Of a stretch of DNA of 64,000 bases, positions 30,222 through 39,683 are shown one piece after another. Source of the DNA: a bacterium (GTDB lineage: Bacteria; UBA8248). The stretch covers positions 704,001 to 768,000 of the forward strand of contig OZ241996.1 of assembly GCA_965204535.1 (NCBI GenBank), in the 5' to 3' direction. Each line of letters starts with the position of its first letter. Positions within the stretch are counted from its first letter, which is position 1. The notes under the pieces were generated by a model. It was not told the DNA's origin and did no database searches. It was given only the letters and a program-made list of their open reading frames with translations. Both the position numbers and the translations under genes were made by a program.

Positions 30222-32576
30222 TCATCCCGGCGCCGTGAGGGCGCGCCTGCGCTCCGTGCTCATCGACCAGGGCAGCCACGCGGAGAGGTCCCCGGGCGCC
30301 CGGCCGCCGTTCTCCGCGCAGGCCGTGAGCCATGCCTCCAGCCAGCGGAGCGGGTCGACCCCGTTCGACGCGAGGGTTCCGAGGACCGAGTACATCATCG
30401 CCGTAAACCTGGCGCCGGCCTCGCTGTCGGAGCCGAACGAGAGCCGCCTGCCGATCACAGGGCCCCGAAGCGCACGTTCGCTGGCGTTGTTATCCATCGG
30501 CACCGAGGGGCGTTCGATGAAGACGCTCAGCCCCTCGCGGTGGTTCAGCAGCGAGCGAAGCGCCTTGCCCTCGCGCGCCTGCGCGGGCAGAGCGGCCATC
30601 TCCCGTCGGGCCTGCGCGAACAGGTCCTTGAGCGCCTTCTTCAATTCGTCGTGCGCCGCGTCGAACGCCGCATCCTGGCGTTCGACGCCCGGGTCGTAAC
30701 TGGCCAGGCGCGCCTCGTTCAGGCGGTAAAGCAAGGCAATCCGCTCGATCCATCTCTCGCACCACGGCGTCAGCCGCTCATCGCCGGCGGCGCAGTGGAT
30801 ATAATCGCGCCGGACGTGACTCCAGCACCATGCGAGAGTCACCAGACCCCCGGGAATGCGCGCCAGCTTCTTGTAGGCGCTGTAGCGGTCGCAGACGATG
30901 ACCGTATGGGAGCCGGCCGCGCCGAACAGCTTCATCGCGACCTCAGCACTCCGCGAGGGGTCGACGTGGAAGTAGACGGAGTCTGCGCTGACCGAGGTCC
31001 ACAGCCAGGCGCGGCTCGAGCGTCCTTGTTCGCGAAGCGACTGAACGCGCCACGTCGTCTCGTCCCCGTGACGCACCGCCGCTTCGTTCTGGCGGTCGAG
31101 GATCGCCGCAGCCAGCGGCTCGAAGAGCGGCGTGAAGCGGTGCGTGCTGTCGCCCAGTGTGCCTGCAGAGACCGGAAGCCCCTGGTCGGAGAGCCACGCG
31201 GCGACCCGGCGCAGCGGGCGGAAGCAGGCGTAGCGCTCGAACAGGAAGCGCGCCCACACGCTCGTCCCGTAAGGCGTGCCCGCGAACAGGCGCGGCGCGG
31301 CGGGCGCCGACACTTCCACCGGAGACGACGCGCACGCGCATCTCCTGCGCCATCTCGGACGGCGGATGACGCGCTTGTGGGCCGAGACTTCGATCTCGAA
31401 GATGGAGGAGACCTCGGCGCCATTGGCCACGTAGGGCTTCCCGCAACCGGCGCAGACGCGCGCACCGGCCGGCGGGTTGCGAACTTCGGTCCTCTCATCG
31501 AGCGCGGGCCGCGGGGTGCGGCCATGACCGGCGGCGCCGGGTTGCCGGCCGCGCCTGCGCTCCGAGCGCGGCCTCTCCTGCCGTTCGCTCTTGCGCCCGA
31601 ACAGTCTTCTCGCCAGCACCGCTCCGGTGGCGCGAAGCTTCGCGAGATCGGCCTCCAGCCGCGCCCGGATGGTCTCTGACTTGCGGAGCGCCCTGCGAAG
31701 ACGCCCGTTCTCCCTCGACAGCGACCTGAGCGCCGTCTTCTGGCGCCGCGACCTCCCCAGGGCCTTGCGCAGTTCCTCATCTGCACGAGACGGCGACTTC
31801 GAGCGCGCCGCCTCGAGAGCGCGCAGCAACCGCGCCTTCAGCCGTTCGGTCGCAATGCCTACGGCCCCCAGGGAGACTTCAAGACGGTAGACCTCCGCAG
31901 ACAGCGACTCGACCACCTCCGCCTGGTCGCGCAATCGCCTCAACTTCCTGTAGAGCCCGATGGCCTCCTCGTCCAGGCTCCGAATGGTCTCCTTGTCGGT
32001 CGCCGACTTCTGCTTCTCCAGGGCCAGACGATCTTCGAGCCGGGCAACTTCCTTCTCCCGCCGGCCGACCTCCTTGCGCAGGGCATGAATCGTCTCCTTG
32101 CGCTCCTCCAGGGCCTTGCGCAGCCGCCCCGCCTCCCCCGGCGACGGCACGCCCGAGAGCTCCTTGCGAAGCCGGACGACCTCCATGCGCAGCGACATGA
32201 GCGGGCTGCGCTTGCGCGGATCGACCCCCGCCTCCGCAAGCAGCTTCTCCAGCCGCGCCACTTCCGCCTTGAGCGACAGCGCGTCCTTCGCCGCGCGGCG
32301 GGCTTCCTTCGCCTCCCCGGCGGCCGCCTCGAGCTTCTTCCGGCTGGCGTCGAGATGCCGCTTCAGCTTGCCCGCACGGGAGCGGGAATCCACTTCCGCC
32401 CAACGCAACTCCTCGCAGCGCGCCTCCGCCGCCTCCGCGCGCGCACGCTCGCGCTCGTACAGCGAACGCCAGTACGCCTCTGCGGTTGTGGACAACCCGG
32501 GGGAATGAGGCCATGGCTCATCCGGCCTCTCGGCCAACGCCAACTCCGTCTCGACAGCTTCTGCGCGAATCTTCAT
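30222..32576 (-). CDS. IS66-family transposase (TnpC) with long coiled-coil N-terminus
   Basis: LFGRKSE, CAGC zinc finger, HGDETTW, CDRYSAY, CWSHVRR, DNNASERALR. Confidence 0.92.
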   Translation of the reverse strand: MKIRAEAVETELALAERPDEPWPHSPGLSTTAEAYWRSLYERERARAEAAEARCEELRWAEVDSRSRAGKLKRHLDASRKKLEAAAGEAKEARRAAKDALSLKAEVARLEKLLAEAGVDPRKRSPLMSLRMEVVRLRKELSGVPSPGEAGRLRKALEERKETIHALRKEVGRREKEVARLEDRLALEKQKSATDKETIRSLDEEAIGLYRKLRRLRDQAEVVESLSAEVYRLEVSLGAVGIATERLKARLLRALEAARSKSPSRADEELRKALGRSRRQKTALRSLSRENGRLRRALRKSETIRARLEADLAKLRATGAVLARRLFGRKSERQERPRSERRRGRQPGAAGHGRTPRPALDERTEVRNPPAGARVCAGCGKPYVANGAEVSSIFEIEVSAHKRVIRRPRWRRRCACASSPVEVSAPAAPRLFAGTPYGTSVWARFLFERYACFRPLRRVAAWLSDQGLPVSAGTLGDSTHRFTPLFEPLAAAILDRQNEAAVRHGDETTWRVQSLREQGRSSRAWLWTSVSADSVYFHVDPSRSAEVAMKLFGAAGSHTVIVCDRYSAYKKLARIPGGLVTLAWCWSHVRRDYIHCAAGDERLTPWCERWIERIALLYRLNEARLASYDPGVERQDAAFDAAHDELKKALKDLFAQARREMAALPAQAREGKALRSLLNHREGLSVFIERPSVPMDNNASERALRGPVIGRRLSFGSDSEAGARFTAMMYSVLGTLASNGVDPLRWLEAWLTACAENGGRAPGDLSAWLPWSMSTERRRALTAPG

Positions 32577-33103
32577 GCCGACATCATTAGCACATGTCGA
32601 ATCGCGTTACCAGTCGCCCGGGAAAATTCTATCCGATGGAGGCGATGCGCCCGGCGCCGGGTCCATCACGGCCCGCCCGAACGCTTACGCCTGCCGGATC
32701 ATTGCGCCATCACCCTCTTCGGGCCGGCCCGGACAGTCTGCTCGCGACAATACACCGGCACTCCGCAACGTTGATGACCTTCTGAACGGCGCGCTCCGCC
32801 TGGGGCGTAATCGAACAAGTTCCGGCGTTCTTGTTCATGCGCGTCTCTTCTTTCGTCCCGTTCGCTCATCCCGGGTGCATACGGTAGTCCGCACCGCACG
32901 GAAATAAACTGAAAAACCGCCCGTTTGCAAGGGTTTTCGATATCCGCATTCCAGCGCCCGAGGGCCGGGGCGTTCATCGCGCGCCTCCCCCAGGCCCCGC
33001 GCCGGCGAGAGGCCGAGCCTGGCCGCGAGGGGGCGCGGGAGCCAGGCCGGAGAGGCCGGGCGGCGCCCGCGACCCCTTTCTCACAATCCCGGAGGCGCGA
33101 CTC

Positions 33104-33445
33104 ATGAGTAACCAGAATCCATCCCGCTCCGCGAGGCTGCTCGTCCTGGCGGGACCCATCCTCGCGCTCCTCGCCACCATCCTCTCTCTCGCGGCAGGCA
33201 TCGGCCTCCGCCCCCTGGGTGCCGTCTGGGCCTGTTCGGCCCTCTGGTGCCTCCTCACGGCTCTCTTTTGCGCCCTGTGGCGGGGGTTCCGCCACGGGGA
33301 CTGGTCCGCCTTCGCTCGCTACGAACTGCCCGACGGGAAAGAGGAGGACTTCGAGTGGTCCGCCCGGACGGGACGCTACGCCTGGCGCCGCGAGCTGGAG
33401 GAGCAGGAGCTGTTCGGCCAGGACCCGGACGCACCCTTCCCGTAG
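33104..33445 (+). CDS. Small hypothetical membrane protein
   Basis: GGAGG RBS, two hydrophobic segments. Confidence 0.5.
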   Translation: MSNQNPSRSARLLVLAGPILALLATILSLAAGIGLRPLGAVWACSALWCLLTALFCALWRGFRHGDWSAFARYELPDGKEEDFEWSARTGRYAWRRELEEQELFGQDPDAPFP

Positions 33446-33634
33446 AAGGCCCCCAAGCCGAACGAAGACTCCCCTGAACAACCGGACCGCCGTCTTTCCC
33501 GCCGGCGGCGGCTCTGCGCCACCGGGAGGCCGAGGCCGGCCGGGAGGGGGCGGCGGAGGGGAGCCGGGAGGGAGTCTTCTCGCGTTCGTGGCTCGCCTCC
33601 GCCGCCATCATCCACCCACCCAAGGAGGCGCGCG

Positions 33635-33931
33635 ATGCGGAAACCCGGACCCGAAGCGAGTACTTTCCTCACCCATCTCTTCACCCGCGGCCTGGCGGAC
33701 GAGCGCTACGAAGTGAAACGCTACAAGTCCGCCGATGGCGACATCAGGCCCCTCCCCCCGGAAGAGGGCGGGAAACGCAAGGGAAAGCGCGTGACCGCCT
33801 CGCGCCGTACGGTCCGCGAGATGCGTCCCGCGCGGGACGAGCTCATCGTCTGCACGGGGCTCCGGGTCCCCGGCAGCGGCCTGCAGCTGTGGGGCGAGCA
33901 CCTCGTGTGGGCCCGGATGCTCACCCGGTGA
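33635..33931 (+). CDS. Hypothetical protein
   Basis: AAGGAGG RBS, co-oriented with neighbours. Confidence 0.45.
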   Translation: MRKPGPEASTFLTHLFTRGLADERYEVKRYKSADGDIRPLPPEEGGKRKGKRVTASRRTVREMRPARDELIVCTGLRVPGSGLQLWGEHLVWARMLTR

Positions 33932-34025
33932 GGAAGTCCCCCCCGGAAGGACTTCCGTCCGCAAGACGTCTGGCCGGACCGGCGCCGGCCGCACGGATTC
34001 CATCCACCCCAGGGAGGGAGGCGGG

Positions 34026-34832
34026 ATGCCCTACAAGGACCTGGAAAAAGCCCGCGCGTATGAACGCGAGCGCCACCGCAAACGCACCGCCGACCGGCTC
34101 GCGCGGGGCATGTGTCCCCGATGCGGAAAGATTCCTCCCGCGCCCGGGCGCAGCCTGTGCGAGCCCTGCCTCGAGAGGGACCGGGAGACCCGACGCGCCC
34201 GATACGCCGAAGCCCGAGCGGGGGGAGCCCCATATGGTGGACGCGACCCCGAGAGCCGCCGCCGCATGGCGCGCGAGAGGGCGAGGAAGCGCAGGCGCGA
34301 GCGGGTGGAGGCCGGCTTGTGCCCGCGCTGCGGACGCGAAACCGTCGAGGCTGGCGCGGTTTGTGAGACCTGCCGGGAGGCGAGGCGGGCTGAAGAACGG
34401 AAGCTCTACGCCGCCAGGAGAGTGAAAGGGCTTTGCGGACGGTGTGGTGCGGAAGTCGTCGATGAGGCTTCGACGTGCGCTTCGTGCGCCGCAAAAGAAG
34501 AAAAACGCCGTCCGCGCAAGAACGCCGCGAGCCGGAAACGCTATCACGACAGGCGGGCACGGGGGATTTGCGTCGACTGCGGCGCCCATGCGGACGCAGG
34601 GGTGAGATGTACTCCCTGCGCGCGCCGATCGTACCACTCCTCGGCAGAGCACAAGGGGATGCCCGTCTATCCGCCGCGCTACATCGTGGTCGAACTCGCC
34701 ACGGGCGAGGAGCACGGCCCCCTCGACTCCTGGGAGGAGGTGGCCATGTGCCTCGCCTTCGAGAAGCTCTCCCGCGAGCAGGTGGAAATCATCGAAGACG
34801 CGTCGCCTATAGCCAGGTACACCAGCTGGTAG
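34026..34832 (+). CDS. Multi-CxxC (repeated zinc-ribbon-like) basic protein
   Basis: Eight CxxC motifs in four G.CxxCG-x8-9-CxxC units separated by Arg-rich helices; GGAGG RBS. Confidence 0.7.
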   Translation: MPYKDLEKARAYERERHRKRTADRLARGMCPRCGKIPPAPGRSLCEPCLERDRETRRARYAEARAGGAPYGGRDPESRRRMARERARKRRRERVEAGLCPRCGRETVEAGAVCETCREARRAEERKLYAARRVKGLCGRCGAEVVDEASTCASCAAKEEKRRPRKNAASRKRYHDRRARGICVDCGAHADAGVRCTPCARRSYHSSAEHKGMPVYPPRYIVVELATGEEHGPLDSWEEVAMCLAFEKLSREQVEIIEDASPIARYTSW

Positions 34833-35574
34833 GTGCTTGCACCGGCTCGCCGCCTGCACGTGCAGCCGGTAGTACGTACTGCCGTCAGCTCGCCGGCGGG
34901 GGGCAGACCCGGCCGGGGGGAGGGTTTGACGACCGCCCTGCTGCGCAGCCGGCCCGCCGTCGGCATCGGCCCCGAACGCGCCACCGCGCGAGCCGCCACT
35001 CGATAACCCGTGCCGGGGAGTCGCCGGCCGGCCTCGCCTCCGCCGCTCGCCGGATGCGCATCGCCGTCTCGAATCCGTCCGGGTTCCTTCTCGCCCGGAG
35101 CGGGGGGAAGGCCACCCCGCTGCGCCGCCAGCCGAACCCGGGCGCGCCGTGCAGGACGGCAGGCAGGGAGCCCGGCAGCGAGGCCGGATACGACCACACG
35201 GGGCGGCCGCGACCCGGCAGAGCAACCCCGCCACCGGTAACGTCGCCATCGTGACATCGCCGTCCCTGCCGCCTCGGTCGCCGACAACCCGGCATCGGAA
35301 GCCCCGTCGCTCGATACGCCTCCGTTCGCCCAAGCCCCATCCATCTGAATCCTGGACCGCGCGCCGGCCCGGGTGGGCTTTCGCTTCCGTCCGTCTCCGG
35401 AGCTACCCGGTCGAAACAGAGGCCGCTCACGCTCCGTGGGCGGTCATCACCGGACGTGAACCTTCCCGGGGGAGAGGTGGAGCGAAGCGGGGAGCCGGGC
35501 AAAGGCCCGGCAGGGGAGAGGGAGACGGTCTCCAGCTCCCGCTGCCGGCGACAACCCCGATAGGAGGCTTGGCC

Positions 35575-35706
35575 ATGTACGAGAACGACTTCGACGTCGA
35601 TGTTCCCACCACGGACGAACTGCTCGCAGAACTCGGACTCGACGCGTACACGATCCGCAAGTTGCGCGCCGAGGCGGAAGGCGAGGAGGAGTTTTGTAGC
35701 GTGTAG
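35575..35706 (+). CDS. Small acidic protein (43 aa)
   Basis: AGGAGG RBS, MYENDFDVDVPTTDELLAELGLDAY. Confidence 0.4.
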   Translation: MYENDFDVDVPTTDELLAELGLDAYTIRKLRAEAEGEEEFCSV

Positions 35707-35784
35707 GGCGAACCGGGGGGGTAGAGAGAAAGGCTCTCTCCCTCCTGTCACTTTTTCTCACTCACACCACGAAGGAGAATCATC

Positions 35785-36225
35785 ATGGCATTCGGACTCA
35801 ACAGAGCGGAACTGATCGGGCGCCTCGGCGCCGACGTCACCGTCAACCATCTCGCGAGCGGCGGTCGCGTCGCGAATCTTTCCATCGCGACCGACGAGGG
35901 CTACGTCGACAAGCAGTCCGGCGAGCGGGTGGACAAGACCGAGTGGCACCGGGTCGTGACCTTCCAGCCCGGCCTGGTGGATATGTTCGAAAAGCACGCG
36001 AAGAAGGGCCGCCTGATCTACGTCGCGGGCAAGCTCCAGACCCGCCGCTGGAAGAAGGACGGGGAAGACTCGGACCGGTTCTCGACCGAGATCCTCATCG
36101 CGCCGGGCGGACGCGTGCAGTTCCTCGACAAGGTGAACGGGAACGGCAATGGCAACGGTAACGGCGCGCACGCCGAGACGGCGGCGGTGGCGGCAGGCGT
36201 AGCCGGGGACGACATCCCGTTCTAG
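35785..36225 (+). CDS. ssb: Single-stranded DNA-binding protein
   Basis: LNRAELIGRLGAD, KTEWHRVV, GKLQTRRW, C-terminal DDIPF. Confidence 0.95.
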   Translation: MAFGLNRAELIGRLGADVTVNHLASGGRVANLSIATDEGYVDKQSGERVDKTEWHRVVTFQPGLVDMFEKHAKKGRLIYVAGKLQTRRWKKDGEDSDRFSTEILIAPGGRVQFLDKVNGNGNGNGNGAHAETAAVAAGVAGDDIPF

Positions 36226-36232
36226 GCTCACC

Positions 36233-36268
36233 AGGGGTCGGCGCTTCGGCGTCGGCCCCTTTTCTTTT
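36233..36268 (+). terminator. Intrinsic terminator after ssb
   Basis: AGGGGTCGGCGC-TTCG-GCGTCGGCCCCT then TTTCTTTT. Confidence 0.8.
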
Positions 36269-36329
36269 GCTCCTTATCCAGAGAAGGTCCGCTCTGTCGG
36301 CTCTTCTCTAATCGGGACGAGCAAGTCAA

Positions 36330-36560
36330 GTTCCTCTGCCCTGGTTTTTCCGGATCTTTCCGCCTTGGCTTTAGACGATGCTCCATGGGGGTCTCGCTTC
36401 TCTACGTGATCGGCTCCCGGTCCGGGGCCGTCAACAGGATGGGGTCGGAGAACGAGGTGGAACAATCTCTCATACGCCCTCGCACCGTCACCGACGGAGC
36501 GGAACTGAGCCGACAGCGAACTCACCTCGTCCCTCGTCCCCACGGGAGCATCCTCTGCCA
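36330..36560 (-). ncRNA. Predicted bridge/seek RNA (ends approximate)
   Basis: Four segments match the element's own target flanks and circle junction in LTG-RTG-LDG-RDG order, with a hairpin between each pair. Confidence 0.8.
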
Positions 36561-36611
36561 TAGCGGAAGCTACTGTAATTTTCGGATTCTTCTCCTTTTG
36601 GATTCCCGATG

Positions 36612-37652
36612 TCAGGAGGCTACGTCATCCACGCCGTCGCGTTTCCAGCGGAACTCACTGCCGTCCATCCATATGCGGTGCATAATGACGCCGAGCCGGC
36701 GGGCGAGCGCAACCTTCGCGCGCGCCTTGCCGCGACGCTTCGCCACACCCATCGCCCAGGCTTTCAGCCACGACCACCGCGTCGTGCGCCCGAGCAAGGC
36801 GTTGGCGGCTTCGTAGAGCGCCGCGCGCATCATCGCGTCGCCGCACTTGGAGATTCTTCCCGTTCGGTCGACCTCTCCGGATTGCCATTTGCGAGGCACA
36901 AGCCCGAAGTGCGCGCCCACCGAGCGCGAGCGCGCAAAACGCGACGGCACGTCGACGCTCGCCCGGAAGGTCAGCGCCGTCACCGGACCCACGCCGGGGA
37001 CCGTCATCAGGCGACGGCAGACCGGGTCGACGCGCACCGCCTCCAGCATCATCCTGTGCAGCCGGACGTATTCCGCCAGCAACGCAGAGCGAGCCCGCAG
37101 CATCGGCGCCACCAGGCGCGCCAACTCCGGGCGATCCGCGACCAGACCCCCTACCCGCGCCTCCAGCCCGCGGCGGGAGACCTTGCCCATCTTCAGTCCG
37201 AAGTTGCGCAACGTGCCCCGGATGTGGGCCTCGGCGTCGCACAACTGCTTCAGCATGAACCTGCGGTTGGCGAGGAGCATGCGTTTCTCCTGGCTCGACA
37301 CCGTCTTCACGTGCACCGGGCGAATCAGGTTCGCGCGAACCAGCTGGGCGATCCCGCGCGCGTCGTCGCGGTCGCTCTTGTTCACCGTGGCCGAGAGCAC
37401 CGCCTTCAACTGCCGCGTCTCGGCGCAAACCACCGGGAGCCCGGCCTCGGCCAGGCCGTCATGGAGCCACTGCGACAGCGGCCCCGCCTCGAGGCAGATG
37501 CGCTTCACGCCGAAGTCCAGCCCGGTGAAGAACGCCGCGAGGGCCGCGGGTTCGCTCGCGACCTTCGCCTCCCGGACGATCCCGCCGTCCACGTCCACCA
37601 CGCACACACTCGTCCACTCCAACGACACGTCGAGTCCTGCAAAGTAGTTCAT
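36612..37652 (-). CDS. IS110-family recombinase/transposase
   Basis: FAGLDVS, CLEAG, KSDRDDA (DEDD); VPGVG, GLVP...QSG, GRISKCGD. Confidence 0.95.
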   Translation of the reverse strand: MNYFAGLDVSLEWTSVCVVDVDGGIVREAKVASEPAALAAFFTGLDFGVKRICLEAGPLSQWLHDGLAEAGLPVVCAETRQLKAVLSATVNKSDRDDARGIAQLVRANLIRPVHVKTVSSQEKRMLLANRRFMLKQLCDAEAHIRGTLRNFGLKMGKVSRRGLEARVGGLVADRPELARLVAPMLRARSALLAEYVRLHRMMLEAVRVDPVCRRLMTVPGVGPVTALTFRASVDVPSRFARSRSVGAHFGLVPRKWQSGEVDRTGRISKCGDAMMRAALYEAANALLGRTTRWSWLKAWAMGVAKRRGKARAKVALARRLGVIMHRIWMDGSEFRWKRDGVDDVAS

Positions 37653-38058
37653 GGCTGCTCCTCCTGCGGGCGAGAGACACCGGAGCCATCCCGGCCTCGC
37701 CTCGATCATATGACAGAGGAACATCCGCTACACGCGGTAGTTCGAGGGCCAACCCGATTACCCCATCTCTCATCTACCGGGAACACCCGGTAAATCCTCC
37801 GGTCCGTGAACGATGAACCATGTTCACGGAAGTCGGCATGCGCCTGTAATCATTCCCATGCTCCAGATAGTGGCTCGGTCCACCCCCCGCTGCGGGAATT
37901 TCGGGCCGGAAAAGACGGCCCGAAATGACCCTTTCCGCAGCATGAGAGATTGTTTCCCGATGAGCTTCGCCTTCATCGTGAAACACCAAAGGCTCTTGTG
38001 TCCCGGTGGCGGTACTACCCTCTCTCTCTTAGCGTCCTCATTTTAGCACGAACGCCGA

Positions 38059-38195
38059 GCGAATAAAGGGTGGCCGCAGGCGGCCATCATTTGCCGGTGC
38101 CCCCCAAAAAACGTCGAGCGGCGAAAAACAGGAGCGCCGCTCTATGAACCGTGTTTTTCGGGAACCCCCCGGAAAATGACAAGCCCTTGATTCGC
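38059..38195. promoter_or_regulatory. Large branched hairpin, candidate ssDNA (Frpo/ssi-like) element
   Basis: GCGAATAAAGGG pairs with CCCTTGATTCGC (11/12); TCATTTGCCGG pairs with CCGGAAAATGA (10/11); inner hairpins. Confidence 0.5.
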
Positions 38196-38292
38196 CCGCC
38201 TACGGGCATCGGTAACACCGCCCGATGCCCTTACGTGCTGAAAATGGGGCGCTAAGAAGCGCATCCGTTAACTCTCTACGAAGGAGAAAGGC

Positions 38293-38667
38293 ATGGAAAC
38301 CACCGTGGTGAACTTGAACGACTACGTTGCGCCTCAATTCGGAGGCGGATTGCTGGTCAGGATCGACCGCATGACGAAGTGGGGAAACCCCTTCCGCATC
38401 GGCAAGGACGGCGAGCGCGCCGAGGTGATCGAGAAATACCGGCGATGGCTCTGGGAAAGAATCCGGCGCGAGGAGCAGGACCTCTACGAACTCGCCGACC
38501 TGCAAGGCTGCGAGCTCGGCTGCCACTGCCATCCCCTTCCGTGCCACGGCGACGTACTCGCACGCGCCGCCGAGTGGGCCGCCAGGTATCTCGACGAGAT
38601 GCCGAAAGAAGTGGGGCGCAACGAGCGTGGCTACGCTCTTCCCGAATTCAACCATCCCCTCGCTTGA
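38293..38667 (+). CDS. DUF4326 domain protein
   Basis: RIDR.TKWGNPF, L.G.ELGCHCHPLPCHGDVL. Confidence 0.88.
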   Translation: METTVVNLNDYVAPQFGGGLLVRIDRMTKWGNPFRIGKDGERAEVIEKYRRWLWERIRREEQDLYELADLQGCELGCHCHPLPCHGDVLARAAEWAARYLDEMPKEVGRNERGYALPEFNHPLA

Positions 38668-38688
38668 GGACAACGAAAGGAGTGAACG

Positions 38689-39648
38689 ATGACTGCCACC
38701 GCGACACACGACCACAAGGAGAACATCATGCACGAGGTTGACAACATCGAAGCGCAGAACGAATCCTTCACCGCCATGGTATGCGGACAGGCCGCCCTCT
38801 TCGGCGCGACCCCCGGCCCTGACGAGTTCGACAACCGGCCCGTGTGGGGCGAGACCGAGGCCACCGCCGCCGTCCTCAAGGCATTCCACCTGCTCGCAGA
38901 AGCCGCGCCCGACGGAACGCAGCTTGCAGATGAGCGAAGAAACCTCCTGTGGGGCTTCGTCAACACCCTCGACGCCCAGACACAGCGCCTCGACCGCGCC
39001 GCCGACAAACTCATCCCCGGCATCCGTGAACTGCAGCGCGAGCAGGACGGCTCCGAGATCCGCTCCCGCGAACTCGAACTCGCCACCGACCGGGCCGAGA
39101 ATCTCACCGCCCGCCGCGACGCCTTCGAAGGGCTGCGCGACACGGCCGCAGAGGCCTACCGCGTCGAGACCGGCGAGGTATGGCGGCCCCGGCGAGGATC
39201 GCACGTCTCGCAGACCGGCAAGCTCACGTCTGCGGTCATCGAGGCGCGTGATTTCCAGCGCGCGAAAAAGGATCGCGAGAACACGGCCCACCTCCCCCAG
39301 GGAACACTCGTCGCCGTCGCGGGCGGCAAGGAAGCGACCGACGCCGGCAAGATCATCGGCCAGCTCGACAAGCTAAAAGCCAAGTACGCCGACGTCGTCC
39401 TCGTCCACGGCGGTGGCCCGGGTGCTGAGAAGATAGCGGCGGGATGGGCCGAGCGGAACGGCGTCCACCAGATCGTCTGCAAGCCCGACTGGGACGCGCA
39501 CGGTCGGGCCGCTCCCTTCAGGCGGAACGACGAGCTGCTCGGCCTCCTCCCCAAGGGCTTGATCGCGTTCCCCGGCTCGGGCATCACCGACAACCTCGTC
39601 GACAAGGCCAGAGCGCTCGGCATCCCCGTGCAACGCGTGGCCGCCTGA
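38689..39648 (+). CDS. DUF2493 (YspA/SLOG-like) domain protein
   Basis: VAGGK, LVHGG.PGAEKIA..WA, AAPFRRND, FPGSGIT.NL. Confidence 0.85.
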   Translation: MTATATHDHKENIMHEVDNIEAQNESFTAMVCGQAALFGATPGPDEFDNRPVWGETEATAAVLKAFHLLAEAAPDGTQLADERRNLLWGFVNTLDAQTQRLDRAADKLIPGIRELQREQDGSEIRSRELELATDRAENLTARRDAFEGLRDTAAEAYRVETGEVWRPRRGSHVSQTGKLTSAVIEARDFQRAKKDRENTAHLPQGTLVAVAGGKEATDAGKIIGQLDKLKAKYADVVLVHGGGPGAEKIAAGWAERNGVHQIVCKPDWDAHGRAAPFRRNDELLGLLPKGLIAFPGSGITDNLVDKARALGIPVQRVAA

Positions 39649-39683
39649 TGCGAACACTCCTCGGGTCGCGTCGTCGCCGCCCG

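Larger units (their letters stand above)
29276..32688 (-). mobile_element. IS66-family element with DUF4338 passenger
   Basis: Perfect 26-bp TIR GTAAGCGTTCGGGCGGGCCGTGATGG; 8-bp TSD GCCTGCCG at 29268-29275 and 32689-32696. Confidence 0.93.
36302..37768 (-). mobile_element. IS110-family element, IS1111 type
   Basis: Sub-terminal IR TAATCGGG (36309-36316) / CCCGATTA (37753-37760); shared TCT core at both junctions; long 3' non-coding end. Confidence 0.88.

Noticed and set aside
36461-37954. 13-bp inverted match AACAATCTCTCAT between the IS110 RNA region and flank 37942-37954
   Set aside because: A single short match with no structural context; plausibly chance.
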